From Phoronis australis (lineage: Eukaryota; Animalia; Phoronida), in the NCBI GenBank assembly GCA_002633005.1, contig NMRA01000029.1, forward strand, positions 1,469,796 through 1,533,795: a stretch of 64,000 nt of DNA, read 5' to 3'. Within the stretch, counting starts at the first letter, position 1; every line of letters begins with the position of its first letter. A program made the position numbers and the translations under genes. The notes below the pieces were generated by a model. That model did not search any database. It was not told the DNA's origin and worked only from the letters and a program-made list of their open reading frames with translations. This document shows, in pieces, positions 38,190-51,291 of the stretch.

Positions 38190-39730
38190 NAACTGAGCTG
38201 GTGGTCCTGGGGGTGGGGTCCATGATAAAATAAGGAAACTCACTCATCTAGAGAATTTTATTGGAAACAGCATAGCTTTGAAGGGAAACTGCTGTGAAAA
38301 AGTCACTATTGACTTCTGTGCATCACGTACCACACACCTCTTATTTTGGGAGCACTCCCACCCAGGACAATATGAATATGTGCTGCTAGCCTACCCGGCA
38401 TCGGGTGAGTTTCCAAAAAGAAACACTTAGTTCCACTCAACAAACCTGTTATTCAGTGGGGTAACTGGTGGGTACAACATCACCGAACAATGTTGATAGA
38501 AACTGATTGCTAAAACTTACCAAGTAATGTTGTGTAGTCTCCGAATGCCGGGAACTGCATAGTCATAGAACACACACGGGGCTTCAGCATCCACACACTT
38601 TTTGTCAGTTAATTGACCCTGTTGACCGCAATTGTCCACAAATATAGTAACCTTAGGTCTTTTGGGAATTTGTGGCCACCTGTCGAAGACTTGCACCACG
38701 GAAATTAGCAGTAATAAGGCTTAGCGCGACGACGTATTTTGATAAAAATTCCATCTTTTACCAGTTGTTTACATGCAGATAGCCACGCATGCGCAATTCA
38801 ATCACCACTAGTACAGCAGCGACACCCCGAGGAGAATTCTCCGAATAGCCCCATTATCGACACCGAAATATTGACCAGAATTTAGTATTTCCTAATCGGT
38901 CCAAATGGCACAGTGGCTTTGTGTTTGGAACCCAACAACTAATGAGGTGCCACTGAAGAATATAACTCACTTTTAAATTGACCAACAAAGAACTGGAAAT
39001 CACTTTTATGAAGATATTTTGTCTAGATGAGGCAAAATGTGTTTTGAAGGGTAGTGGATTTTAGCACCTTTAAAGAATAGTGATGAAAAATATTGAGATC
39101 TGTCATGAACTTGGAAAGGACCCAAGGGGTTGAGATGTACATTCATGTATAATATGTTTACTGAAACGCGAAATTATTCCCATTATGTTTCATTCTAATT
39201 TGGTACGATCTTGAGATAAGTGTCTGTTATTTTGTTATCGAATTTACTGCGATTGATGTGGACAAATGCGCAAACCTATTATGCACTGTCCGACCTACAT
39301 GTAACATTCAAGGTATTGGGTCGTCAATCTGAAATCGAAATGCAAAGTTCTTTCTCCAAATGTCGAGTTTTACTCGAACTTGTAGCTCGAATTCAGGCGT
39401 CGTCCAATGCAAAGTTGCACTGCTCAGTGGGTTGCTGGCCTAATCCATAATATAATCGAGCAATGAATAACACGTAGTTATCTTGAGTTCGCATAAAAAG
39501 GGAACAGAAACTGTCGAAAATACTTCAGAGTTCGATTGTCTATAAAAATAAAAACCCGGGTCCTGTCACCTACATTCTCCTTGTACATGTATTCGTTGGA
39601 TATCAGGTCAGTTTTCTGTTACTACAACGACCTCACGTTACCCTAGTGCAAAACAAAACATGTTGGTATCACGTAGAACAGGCTGATTTAACCATGCAAC
39701 ATGTACTTAAAGACGGGTCCTTTTTCGTAC

Positions 39731-39907
39731 CGTGACCGCTGGCAGCACGTCCTTGCTCCATTGACCGTCTTTGTCGATGCCTCGCGGCTGTTTCTCTGGA
39801 GCAGTGCAGACCATTTCTGCCTTTGCCAATAGCGTGACATTACAAACCTCATTTCCAATCGTAACAGTGACTTCTTCTTCAGAGCTGGCCAAGTTAAGAT
39901 TATTTCC
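39731..39907 (-). CDS. PlexB: Plexin IPT exon GNNLNLASSEEEVTVTIGNEVCNVT...LPAVT
   Basis: 177 nt, phase 0/0, membrane-proximal IPT pattern. Confidence 0.93.
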
Positions 39908-40004
39908 CTAAAATAGTAAACGCACATATAAATTCAGACATGGTTGACTGCGCTAGTTTTGACCTTTGCAGTGACATTATCGGTGAGAAAGGTAATATTC
40001 TAAG

Positions 40005-40075
40005 ATGAGCCATTGGAGATTTGAACTTGAAACCTATGCTGTCACAGGCAAGTGCTCTGTTGACTGCGCTAAAAT
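40005..40075 (-). mobile_element. tRNA-derived (SINE-head-like) sequence
   Basis: A-box-like TAGCGCAGTC..AGAGCAC and B-box-like GTTCAAATC; no intact cloverleaf. Confidence 0.4.
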
Positions 40076-40371
40076 CAATTTGATCAATGACATAATATTT
40101 AATAAGTCAACCCCATTCAACAATAACCCCGAAAACGTGATTATCGTAAAATGAGAATGACTTGGTCACTTTTAATTAACAGCGTTTCAGAAAAAATATA
40201 CCAGTGATTTATTTTTGTCAAATTTTAGTAAGAACTATTGCAAGGTTTTTACACGTGGTCTGTTATATGATGAGCCCGATCGTGTTACCCTTTTCAGTGA
40301 ACACGACAATCATACACGTGCGTGTAGCATCAATACCCAAAGCACAACAGACTGATATCTCGCGCTCTTAC

Positions 40372-40605
40372 CGCAATGATCAGCTTGGGTTCTTTTAATT
40401 CTTTAACTTTTTCTGTGAAGTTGAAGAACTCAGGGTTGGCGACGAATGTCATAGAGGAGGAAACATTTGGGAAGTTCTCTTTCATGTTTCTTACAGCTGT
40501 CACGTTGTCCATGATAAATCCAATTGTTAGATCATTGCCAGACACGTCAGGCGGTACATTTGGAGACGAGCAAATCATAAGCGTGTCATTGTGACCGTGG
40601 CAAGG
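40372..40605 (-). CDS. PlexB: Plexin IPT exon PCHGHNDTLMICSSP...IGFIMDNV...
   Basis: 234 nt, C.SP and GF.MDNV motifs. Confidence 0.93.
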
Positions 40606-41218
40606 CTGTAAGACAAAAAACAGGAGGTTAGTCATTGAGTCGCTACAAGATTGTTTTCAAGGATAAGGAAGACACCAGAAGGCATAAAGAAATAATGGAG
40701 GTTGATTCTGAATGCATAAGCTTTTATTCTCCTGCTTCCTTTCAAAATATACTTATTGTCATAAGGCAATAAGCGTCACAAGTATGGTCTCAGCTTGTAC
40801 CATACTCACAGTGGCAGTAATTTGTTGGTTTGGGACTAGCTGCGTGTTACAAGGTATTTTCAGTTGTCATTTTTGGCACAGAAGATTTCTATACGCTAAG
40901 GAACTGTCAGTTCTTTCCCAACTCAAGTGTGATATTAACAAGTCACGACCAGATATATTTCGGTGCATGTAAGTCGACTAAATCACAATTTTTTAGATTT
41001 GGCGGTTAGGTCTACGCAGAAAGATTGAACGTCAGCTTCGCACATAATACTAGTTTCCTTAAAAGTTGCTGTAATAGGAAATATGCAATTTCTCCGCGTT
41101 CTGTGACGATCAAAGTCGTGTTTTAAAAATGCGTCAACACGTTCAGGTCCCAACTCACGTGTTCTGACATAAATGTTTTCATAACTTGACGTTTGCGGAA
41201 TCCTATAACATAACTCAC

Positions 41219-41315
41219 CTCTTCCCATGAGGCACCGTCTTTATTTCTAACGAACAACATTGGCTCCTGAATGGACGTGAAGCTTGTTCCAGTAACCGTG
41301 ATTTTCCTGCCCCCT
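41219..41315 (-). CDS. PlexB: Plexin IPT exon GGRKITVTGTSFTSIQEP...
   Basis: 97 nt, GG..ITV.G motif, phase-consistent. Confidence 0.93.
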
Positions 41316-42218
41316 CTGTGATAAAAATGAAATAGAAATGACATGAGATTTTCGAAACGGTTGAGCTGATTGATATCCCGCACCGGGTGGAAAAACGATG
41401 CAGTGTCTGAACCCTTAAATCCTGCACGCTCATCTCGGAAGCCAGTGGCCGGATTCTGTAAACACGACAACGAGGAATTAACTTCATGCACACACACCGT
41501 AATCGGACGCCATGCTATTAGGCCAGATTATCAAACAACCATTTATTTGAGAGAGCCCCGACGGAAATCCTGATTAGTTGATTATCATCGCCTTTCTCAT
41601 TTAACATTCCTCCCTGGTCCTTATGAATTCCTTCCTCCAAGTTTTCAGCGCTTTGCCTCTTCGGTCCGGTTTTCACAATTATTTTCCTCGTCGTCACACA
41701 CCTGAGCGTACCTGGGTTGTACATGGGAGGCATGTCCCCATACGCCGCTCTACCAAGCTGTGCTGTGCACACCTCACGACGTTCATAAGTTTCTCTTCTT
41801 GATTGCTACTGTTGTTAGGTCCTTCGGTCTCGTTTGGTTCGCCACTAAGTTAAAGTTCTTTTTCGAAATTAAGACAGTGTCCGTCTTGAGAGCAATATGA
41901 TAACACTTACACTGTACACAAGCTACAGTTCCTTAGCGACAGACATTTGAAATTAGATCAACTGTAAAGAAATGGTCACGTGAACATGTATAATCTTCAA
42001 CTTCGTGTTTTAGTTAAAGGCAAATACTACACATGGTGCTCCCGGAATTTCATAAAAGCGTGGACTGAACTAAGTAACTAAATTGGACATTTATTAATTA
42101 ATGACTACAAAATTGCCGTGTAATTGTACTGTTTATGACTCTTGGCTATTCAAAATTATTTAACGTAATGTGATTGGTCAAACTTCATTTTCAAATTGGA
42201 TCGATTGAGCATACGTAC

Positions 42219-42389
42219 GCAACAAATGCTTTCAATGGTGTAATCCCTGAAATTGTAGGATCTTCGGTGAAGATATACGTCAGACTGTGATTCCTCGTGG
42301 CGTTATTTTCAAACTTTATCGAAATCTTCGATCTTTTCCCTTGTGTTTCAACACCACGTAACACACATACTGTCATGTTGTCTGTACGA
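42219..42389 (-). CDS. PlexB: Plexin IPT exon ...YIFTEDPTISGITPLKAF
   Basis: 171 nt, DPTI..I.P motif, phase 2/2. Confidence 0.9.
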
Positions 42390-43115
42390 CTAAAATGACC
42401 AAGTTACAATGTACGGTAAATGACATTTCAAGATTATATGACTATATTTGTATTATTCCCTTGGCAGAAGAACGTTACCAAAATTGTAGACAACTTCCAG
42501 TTGCAGATCTAGGACTTAACAATTTGGGACAACCACAAGTTCTGAAAAACAAGTCGAACTTCGTTTTTAGTATTTGCCACGTCCAAAAGCTGACTCGCAG
42601 CTTCAATAGATTTATGGAAACTCATATTTATCTTTTGGAACTTACCTTTCATTCAATTTATACAGGTAATAGTGTATGAGGATTTTGTTATAAAAACTGA
42701 TATCATCTCCCGTGCCTAAATCCACCAACGATTTCTTATGGTGACCGTAATCACGATTGGTGGAGACGTTATAATGCTGAAGAGGACCCGGGACTTGTGA
42801 TAAAGGGAATGGTTGGATAGCATGTAGTTACATGTAAGTTACCTAGTATTCAGCAAAGTGAATACCTAACCTTGGTGAAAAGTGTGTCCTAATACTGATT
42901 TTTGTTGAATAAATAGGGATGATAAAAATCAATAGAATACCATGTACCATTTTAGATCTACCGAAAACGAAAGTTTTTGCCAACAGAAAACCATGAGAAT
43001 GGACCAAAGGTGCGTTTCATCTCCAGCATTTGCTGACTTACTGCTGTTGTTCGAAAATTTCTTTATTATACATTACGCTAAGAGATTTACTTTTTGTGAT
43101 TTTAAACGAACTTAC

Positions 43116-43258
43116 TCCAATGTCTCACATAAAACCCCGTCTAGTGAAACTTCATTGCCCAGTAATGAACCTGATTCGAGACTCTCGCCGGTTATCGTGA
43201 TTCGGGTTCCACCTGACTTTGGTCCACGTTTAGGCGTTACATCGAATATGATGGGATT
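43116..43258 (-). CDS. PlexB: Plexin IPT exon NPIIFDVTPKRGPKSGGTRITITG...
   Basis: 143 nt, P..GP.SGGT.ITI.G IPT signature. Confidence 0.95.
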
Positions 43259-43311
43259 CTGCAAGGGTATACATTATCATTGAGTTCATTGAGGAGATAA
43301 ATAGCAAGTAC

Positions 43312-43445
43312 CAAGAGCGGATCCAGGATTTTGAGTTAGAGGTGGGGGGGGGGNTCAGACATTCACACCCTCGAACTGCCACATGGAATCTGGGATAAAT
43401 TTAGGGGGCCATAGCCCCCTTGTCTCCCCTCTTAATCCGCCACTG
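43312..43445. mobile_element. MITE, same family as 1558-1692
   Basis: Colinear internal sequence TCAGACATTC.CACCC..GAACTGCCA.ATGGAATCTGGGA; GCGGAT/ATCCGCCACTG ends. Confidence 0.65.
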
Positions 43446-43956
43446 GTTACCCATGTCACGATACTTGTGGTATCTAATCCAGTCTCATTAGATAATATGT
43501 TATAACCCAGAAATAGTTGTAATGTAAAACATTATTTTGTAAATGTGTAGCTATACATGTACAACTGTATGCAGTTGCAATGTAAATACTGATTCACTGG
43601 GATAGATATATCGTAATACTTATTATTTCTCTTCCATTATCTCTAGGGTGTCAATTATTTGTCTCGCCGTTGTAAGTGTTGGCATGACTGTGGAAAAATT
43701 CACCATGCCACTCCAAACGCAAACGAACTTTGTAATGTCCTTGGAGATTAATTTTCACAGAAAGGCATATATACCAATTTAAAGAAATTAAAATGTTAAC
43801 TGCACTAAAAAGTTTAGATTGTTAGAGCGAATTTTCTATTTATTTTCTCATACGTGGCTCTTCCCTACATACTCAGTGACGGAGTCAAAGCAGGCCGCGC
43901 ACTGGATGATAGTTTTCGTTTTATAGTTTGTTTTCCCTTTTTCATCGCCATCTTAC

Positions 43957-44211
43957 CTTGTATTCAAAACTAGAGCTGAACGTTCCACTAACACCATCCA
44001 CTTCAACCTTTATTTCACCAACACCAGCTTTTGCACGTTGCCCAGATTGGCATACGATCTTTCTGGAAACTACGTAGTCTTCATCTATGCTTTCGCAAGT
44101 AACTCCAGTCAGAGTCACTGCATGTTTTACACTCTCGTTACTGTATCCTAGGTTTGAACCCTTTAGAATTACAGTGGAACCTCCCTCAATAGTGGTGTTT
44201 AGAGGAAATAC
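43957..44211 (-). CDS. PlexB: Plexin IPT exon VFPLNTTIEGGSTVILKGSNLG...FEYK
   Basis: 255 nt, EGG.....G.NLG and Y.VS..IVC motifs. Confidence 0.93.
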
Positions 44212-45978
44212 CTACTAACAGTCAAAACATGACATTAGACAATAGAAAAAGTGATGGTTGTCGAAAAAAAGAAATACAGCCATCTATGTGTATAATTTTA
44301 ACACCAGAGGGCACACAGCCTGGATGTACTTAACGATTTTACTTTAATCCTTTCTACTCAACAATGTAGGATATGCCGCAAAGCTTTCTAATGACGATTT
44401 TTACCATTGAGGACATCGCCAAAATTGGATTGCGTAACATCAGTCACTTGTGATCTCCCATTTCTTTTTAGTGTTAGTAACCAAATGATATTACTGCAAG
44501 ACACAGTTGAGGCTGGCTCTGCGTTGGAAATCCAGTTTTTGTATTTTCATTCTCAGGACGTATAAGTAAAAGTGAAACATTAAATTGTTTCATTAGCAGT
44601 CTAAAGAACATTTATAATTTTTACAGCAACTATAAGCCCACAATACAGTTGTACATCACCAAATCAACTTTTGTGTTAGACCACTAACATTAATAGATTT
44701 GATCTTGAATTGTTCATTAGTGAATCCGGAGCTGATTTCAAAGCATCAAAAGCACCAGAAATTCCTTATTGAGTGCATGTATAGTGTCAAAACAGCAAAA
44801 TTTTAATTCTTTCAGTAGCGAATCTAGGATATAATAAGGGGGCAACAAATCGTCTCGGGCAAACGCTCAAACCACGATTTCATGCGCGCGTCCCGCCTAA
44901 AACATAGGGGGGCTCGAATGTTTAAGGATGTGCGATGTGAACTTTTTTTCTGAAAAACAAACGGGGAACTAAAAAATACAACGGAAACTGCGCCGGTGGT
45001 CTGGGTCGGACACTTGAAATCGATCCTCCCTCCCCCCACACGCACACACAAACTAAAGCTGCACACATTGTTAAATCTTGTTTCAGCCGCATGTTCATTG
45101 CAGGGGTTAATTATGATAAACTCACTATTTCCTCACGCTCTTGCTGTTTTATTTTTTGCGGCAGCCAAGGGGGTGGGAAGGACCCCCCTAAATCCGCTTG
45201 CACGTATGTCTTTGGACAAGCAGAAATCACTTTTTGTTTGTGTAAGGAACAAAATGAGACCAATTTTATTGCAGCATTTAATAGTCTAAAGCAAAGTTGT
45301 TTTTCTGAACAGAAATCGAATTTATAACTGCTTCAAGTATTGTCCTGGCGATAAATTGTTAGGGAGAGATAGCGAACACGGATGCTCCTGATTGAAAACG
45401 ATGGCAAACAAACATACACCGCGTTGCACCTTTTAGTGCATACATGGGTTTAGGCCCTAAAACTAAGGCTACGGTTGAATGCAACACTGGCCTCTGTGGA
45501 TTGATAATTGACCTATGCTCACTGCGATAATGATGAGAACATATACATGTGTAAACATAACAGGACCCTATATGCCTAGATGCCGATTCTCTTATGAACC
45601 CTAATTAAACAATCGTAAGAAATTCCTCTAATCAGGCCCGAAAATATTCCTACAATGAATAAAAATTCCCCTAATTGAGGCACTGCAGACGAGGGGTAAC
45701 ACAGGGGGCTGGAATTGGTGATGGAGGGGAGGGGGATCACCTCGCCCATTCTCTCGCAATGAGCGTTTTTCAGTTTACAACCGTGTACCAACACAAGAGT
45801 GCTTGTTGTTCTGGATTTGTGGAAGATGGAATCAACAGAAGCCACTGCTGCTGTCAGCCGTAGACTAGTTGCAACAGAGAAAGTTTGCTGCCAACATACA
45901 TTAACGTTATTTTTGTATGCATATCGAAAGGTGTTATGCGCTTACAGTTATTTAGTTATACCGCAACCGCTATCCTAC

Positions 45979-46124
45979 CGTTTTGATAGTGATGTGCTGG
46001 CAAGGGGTTTTCACACCAGATGGCGAATAAACACACTTGTCATTCCACGCGCAGCGATACGACTCCCCTAGGCTGTGACATATCCCACATTCCGGTCCCA
46101 ATAGAGGGCATTTGTACATCTCGG
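45979..46124 (-). CDS. PlexB: Plexin PSI3 exon AEMYKCPLLGPECGICHS...YRCAWND
   Basis: 146 nt, YKC...CG.C...C.W pattern. Confidence 0.92.
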
Positions 46125-47914
46125 CTGCAAAACAGAAAGTTGTGATGACGTAATAACGGAAGTTTATTGATGAATTGCATTGCGCACTTATGACACTATT
46201 TGGACCCGCAAATAGGAATAAACATGGAAAATTGTCAAAAATCGTAGGTAACAATAACAGAGGCATTTTAGCACTTTAAACGTTTACAAAATTGTATCTG
46301 TGAGTTAATCGATGTACCATTTTAATGCTGCTGTGGAGTTGAGAATGAGTAAGATTGACCAAGTAGTGTAAATCATAATTTTTAAGGTGCTTAGTAATTT
46401 AAAGCGCAAGCCTAATTGTTGCTATTATTATTGTCTTTTATAATTCATGACGCCAAAATATTCTTGGGGTCAGAGATCGTTCTGATACGCGCCCTGTTGT
46501 TCTGTTAAGTACAACTTAGACCTCCTCACTGTGTTTTCTTTATCACTGATATTAGTCCTTGTTGCCTTAAATTCCCAAACAAAAGAAGTCGATCATAAAA
46601 CTTTAGGTGCTGTGGAATGCAGCTAATTTAAATCGCAATCCACAAAATACATTCAACATGACGGTTGGCAATGACGATGTAGAACCTAATGTTTGACAAT
46701 TTAAATTATTTTTTGGGTCTAAAGCGTCAAACTGACTTCACACTGACCAAGCCCAGAAGGATACCAGAGCGACACTTCAGAAATGTGTGGTGTAGCGTTT
46801 CCTGTTGCGTGTCCGTTGGGAAAATGCAGCTTAAGTGTCTTGGGACTCCATCGATGAAGACAGAATATATCAATAGCGTCATCCAGTACTATTACAGTAC
46901 TAAGACAGATCGTAGCTAGTCGGGAAATCCCAGTAAGCGACATAAACAATCACCCCCTGTCTAAAACTTAAGTCGTTAATGAATTTGACGTAGAAAAATA
47001 AAACTTATTGGGGACAAATAAAACAATAAGAATAATGTATATTTTAAGTTATATTTGGAATTTCAGGGCTTCCATCGGACTTGGTAGGAACTAACTAGGA
47101 GTTGGATATGAAGAATGAAGGGCTGTATAATGTTATTTGCCCAAATAATAGGATTTATGTCAGAGTGCCATAAATCTCATTAATGACAACAAATCGAACA
47201 GATTTCATTGATAAAAATGCTCGTGATGTGGCCTTTTAAAGACATTTTTGAAAAGGTGTTATGAAGCTGCATTTTGTCAAAAAAAGATCGAAACCACTGT
47301 AATGCGTCATAAAATTGGTCACCCAGTGTACTTTACAAAGAAGAGCCTTCGGGGTTCGATTATAACTGAAAAGTCATCGTCCTGTTTCTTGCATGGAAGG
47401 ATGGGCCAGGTTAAAACAATTCTAGAGTCTCGTCTCAAGTAGTACAGAAGTATCAGTGTTTCCAGAGATAATTTCATAATCACTCCCCGCGTCAATGGTG
47501 CACACTCATGGTCACTGATGCACTGTGATTGTTTTACACTGGCTAACAAGCGTGAAACATTAAGTCTCAAGCGCCTTATTTTATCCTGAATAATACGGTA
47601 CCCATTCCGTTCAGATTCTAACCACTGGACAGTACAGAGTATCTGGTCATAACTAATGCCATTGACCAAAAGAACAAAGTTAGCGAAAGGGTCAAGCGTA
47701 TTAAGGTGCACGGAAATACACCATGGGTTCACGTGTTTGGTTTGGTTCAGACCTAAAATCTAGTCACCGGGAACAAAGGTAGCACACTTAAAACCCGTTG
47801 CCCATCCGCCAAATGAAAATGGAACAGAAAATACGACGTCAACAATCGGTCTTCCAAATTGGCACATAGATTTGAGACCTGTTAGTCAATTGAACCATAG
47901 ACACGCTATCGTGC

Positions 47915-49179
47915 AGGAGAAAACAACCCTTTCTCATGTCATTTAAGTAAAAAAATACGGTTCGTTGATTATCCCAGACATATTTTTTCAGTTAAGTACG
48001 GCTTCCCGTAATTTAATTACCGTAATTTAATTATTTAATCATGCCCTATTCCGGAAGTGACTTTAGTCAGGTTCACAATAAACTTTTCAAAGTTTGGCTG
48101 GCCCGCCTGTTCACTGAACGACTAACTGTCCTTCTCACAAACAAAAAAGTTATTGCATTCTGTAATTGTATGATCTGTACCGTACCTATTATATTGAATA
48201 AAAAATGGACTCTAATGAGACCAATTCCTCTGTTTACCGGGTAAACCATAAGTTTACCAGATGTTGAGTTAAGAGGTTTATAATGAAGTCTTAGTTAAAT
48301 TACACTTGTCATAACCATGATATTATAAGTAACCAGATTGATGAGCATCAATTTTTGCTTCTCGCTCTGTCAATTAAAAAAACTGTCCTCCTCACTAGTT
48401 GACGAACTGGGCCTGAATTCACTCTCACAACTCAACCGTTGATCGCTGCAGGTGTGCTTACAGGCTCTGGGCTGGAGACAACAATAGCACAAGGCAAATC
48501 ACTACTAGCTAGTTCCCGGAATTGCATGTTCTGAGGATACGTTCGGAGGTGACAGTAGACGAAGGGCCTCGAGTCAATGTAGAGGTCACGGCTCGCGAGG
48601 CTTCTCGCTTCAAAAATGAATTTCTCCGGGGTGGCGACGGACATTGCCGTGAATCAACAGAGATGATATGGCACCCTTCTTAAAGAGTTGTTTTGCAGGA
48701 ACCTTCATCACTTTGGCGTATATATCTGTTTCGTAACCCAATGGCAGAAAATGCTTGACACGCGCTCGGTAATTCTCCACTTCTGTTTACGTTGCGTGGA
48801 CGGGTAACACTGTGTTCCTCACACGAGCAAGCGCAGGGTACCATCCGTCGGAAAGCGATTTAATGGCATTTTCAAAGTTTGAGACACGATAATGAGTATA
48901 CCCCGGTACGCAGCAGCAGTGCGACATGTTGACTGACTTGTAAACAAACACAAACGAAGACCGAAATTTTCACAACCGAAGTAAAACAATGACTGACTCG
49001 ACAGCTCACACAGTCAGACTACATGAACATAAATTGGCAGGAAATTCTAAGCCCCTAAACGTCACTTCCGACTAATTGATTAACTTATGGTAAGCCGTAA
49101 TTAGCTGAAAAATATGTCAGAAATACACAACGAACAGTATTTTTTACTAAGAATGACATGAAAAGGGTTGCTTTCTCCT
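47915..49179 (-). mobile_element. Kolobok-like non-autonomous element with a THAP-domain remnant
   Basis: ~150-bp imperfect TIRs (AGGAGAAA.CAACCC.../...GGGTTGCTTTCTCCT). Minus strand ~48655-48927 reads MSHCCCVPG...RFPTD...KHF...KGAISSL across frameshifts. TTAA TSD is not intact. Confidence 0.65.
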
Positions 49180-49302
49180 TTAGTTTAAGTCTAGGTGAAT
49201 TATTTCAACAACTTGGCTAAAATTGTATTTTAGCTCAGCAATGTGATCAAATCATCATGTAAACAAAAGGAAGATAAATTTCACGCCACATGAAGTACTA
49301 AC

Positions 49303-49396
49303 CAGAAACATTATTTGGATTGTCAATTTCAAAGCCTCCATTCCATACCAGCGAGATGTTAACCCGTTTCGTCTGCTCGCCTTCGGGGTAGGTATA
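49303..49396 (-). CDS. PlexB: Plexin exon YTYPEGEQTKRVNISLVWNGGFEIDNP
   Basis: 94 nt, VWNG.F.IDNP plexin motif. Confidence 0.93.
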
Positions 49397-49604
49397 CTGA
49401 AAAGTGACCAGAATAAATGTATATTTTTTAAACTTCAATGGTTTTCGTTCCGAAATCATAAAAAATAAAGAAATTAGGTCAATAAAGACCAAAAACTATA
49501 GTTGGTCTTCGTTTGCTAAGTATTTTTATACTCCGTTGCCCACCTTCTCAAAAAATTAGGACACGGTGTCAACAGTGTCAAAAACATTGCCGCTAATGCG
49601 TGTA

Positions 49605-49812
49605 CAAGGTGACTCACAAATCGGACCATCAATTTTAACTAAACTTATATAAATCACCTTTTCCATATTTTTAAAACTTAAGTTACAATGCACAATATCA
49701 TTTCTACCACATTTTAACAATTGTTAATCAGTTTTCATTGATTTTTAATACTATCCAATTGCAATCTAGCGATTTCATACAGCATCTGTGGGTTACTTTA
49801 TGAGTCACCCTG
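49605..49812. mobile_element. Tc1/mariner-type MITE
   Basis: TA|CAAGGTGACTCACAAA ... TTTATGAGTCACCCTG inverted termini. Confidence 0.55.
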
Positions 49813-49861
49813 TCTGTTAGTGTTTTTGTCTTCTTTCAAACCACGCGAATGTAACAAGCAC

Positions 49862-49966
49862 CTTTGTATTCCCATGGCACGTGACACTGTCATTTTTAAT
49901 AGAGACTCTTGTTGTAAACGTGCGGTCAGCGACCTTCACCTTGCACTCATAGCCAGATTGATGGCC
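49862..49966 (-). CDS. PlexB: Plexin exon GHQSGYECKVKV...VTCHGNTK
   Basis: 105 nt, GYEC and V.C motifs, phase 0/0; weak donor GTGCTT. Confidence 0.85.
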
Positions 49967-50704
49967 CTACAAAAATTGAAAGGCATTCGCAGCTCATAAA
50001 TATGGACATGTCCAAGCTGTGATGGCAATTGGCCTTAAGCTTTACTACCAAAACTAAAAGCATACTAATGAAATAAGATACCTTGGTCCTGGGTCTAATC
50101 TTTTTACTTGTAATCGAAATCGAATTCACTTTGAATATTTGCAGCTCTAATTTAATGCCAAATCTATATGGTACCCTGTGCTCGAGGGGATCACTGTTTT
50201 ATCTTATTTTACAATAGATGGACCCTGCAAGTTTTTACTCGAGCTTTAGGCTCCAATCTACGGTATGAATCCATGAACAGCGAATTAAGACTGCACACTC
50301 GCTTGCGTCATCGGTAATTTGCTCAAAAACAGAATAAATATTTAGTAAAAGAAAACGAACAACGTCAAAAATAATTTCTCGTGCAAGCAGAGAAATTAGA
50401 ACCAGAGTTTAGAAATAGGATAAGTACAACGAAATCAAACGAGCGGGTGTGAAAAGGTTTTTAGAAACGAAAGAATATCGCGAACGCATAAGCGTTTTGG
50501 TATGAAATTCCATAGAAGGCGCCTTTGACTCATTCAAAACATGCGAATGTGAAATAAAACGTGAATTCGCTCCGGAACGCCGGATAAGTCCAGATGGGAA
50601 CGTTTTTCCTCCAATTTTCATGGAAATTGATATTTACAATATTGACTGATCACGCCACGATCTAGAGGACAAGCAAGTATACTTTTCATATTCCGTTTCC
50701 GTAC

Positions 50705-50918
50705 CATAGGCGTCGGTAAGTCCTTGGTCTTCAGTACAAACTCTTTCTTGTGTCCGCTCGGGAGCAATATGGATGTTGTGGACTGAACGATGCGGGGACA
50801 TGAAGAATTTGTGGTGACATTTCCCGGCTTACAGACGGTGTTGTTGGATGGGTATACGCACTTGTGGTCATACACGCACCAATGACATCCAAATAATCTA
50901 GATGTACAAGTTGTGCAC
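50705..50918 (-). CDS. PlexB: Plexin PSI2 exon CTTCTSRLFGCHWCVYDHKC...CPRI
   Basis: 214 nt, C..C.....C.WC.....C PSI pattern. Confidence 0.95.
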
Positions 50919-51291
50919 CTAAACAGAATAAAAATCTAGATTTTCGAGTGATGTCCGACAAACTTCAGCTTTATCAGCTGAGAAGCCACTTATAACAAAA
51001 AATGACCACTAATCTGAGTTCAAGCAGGCTACCTGTAGTGATAACGAGAACATAGAATTACACCAAGAATCTGAAAATATGTCTTTGATTGTAGTTAAAG
51101 TGGCGTTTTTAGGATTGCTGTCGTCCGGGGTGGAAGTAGTGACAGGGTCGGACAACACAGCCTCGTTGATCTGCCTCGGTCAGTCCTCACATATCACCAC
51201 CGCTACGCGGGATTTGGAATATACTTGGAGAACACAAAGAATAAAAACTTGGAGAAAGTCGGCGATTATACTTTCGAAACAGAATACTTAC

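Larger units (their letters stand above)
32679..38852. mobile_element. ISL2EU-like (Harbinger-group) DNA transposon; its ends (32679-33030 and 38191-38852) are separated by a gap and a haplotig
   Basis: TIR GGGGCTATTCGGA / TCCGAATAGCCCC; subterminal IR TGTACTAGTGGTGAT / ATCACCACTAGTACA; AT on both flanks; empty site TGTAAAATTATCGAC at ~37322-37336; SAP-like motif at 32793-32863. Confidence 0.75.
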
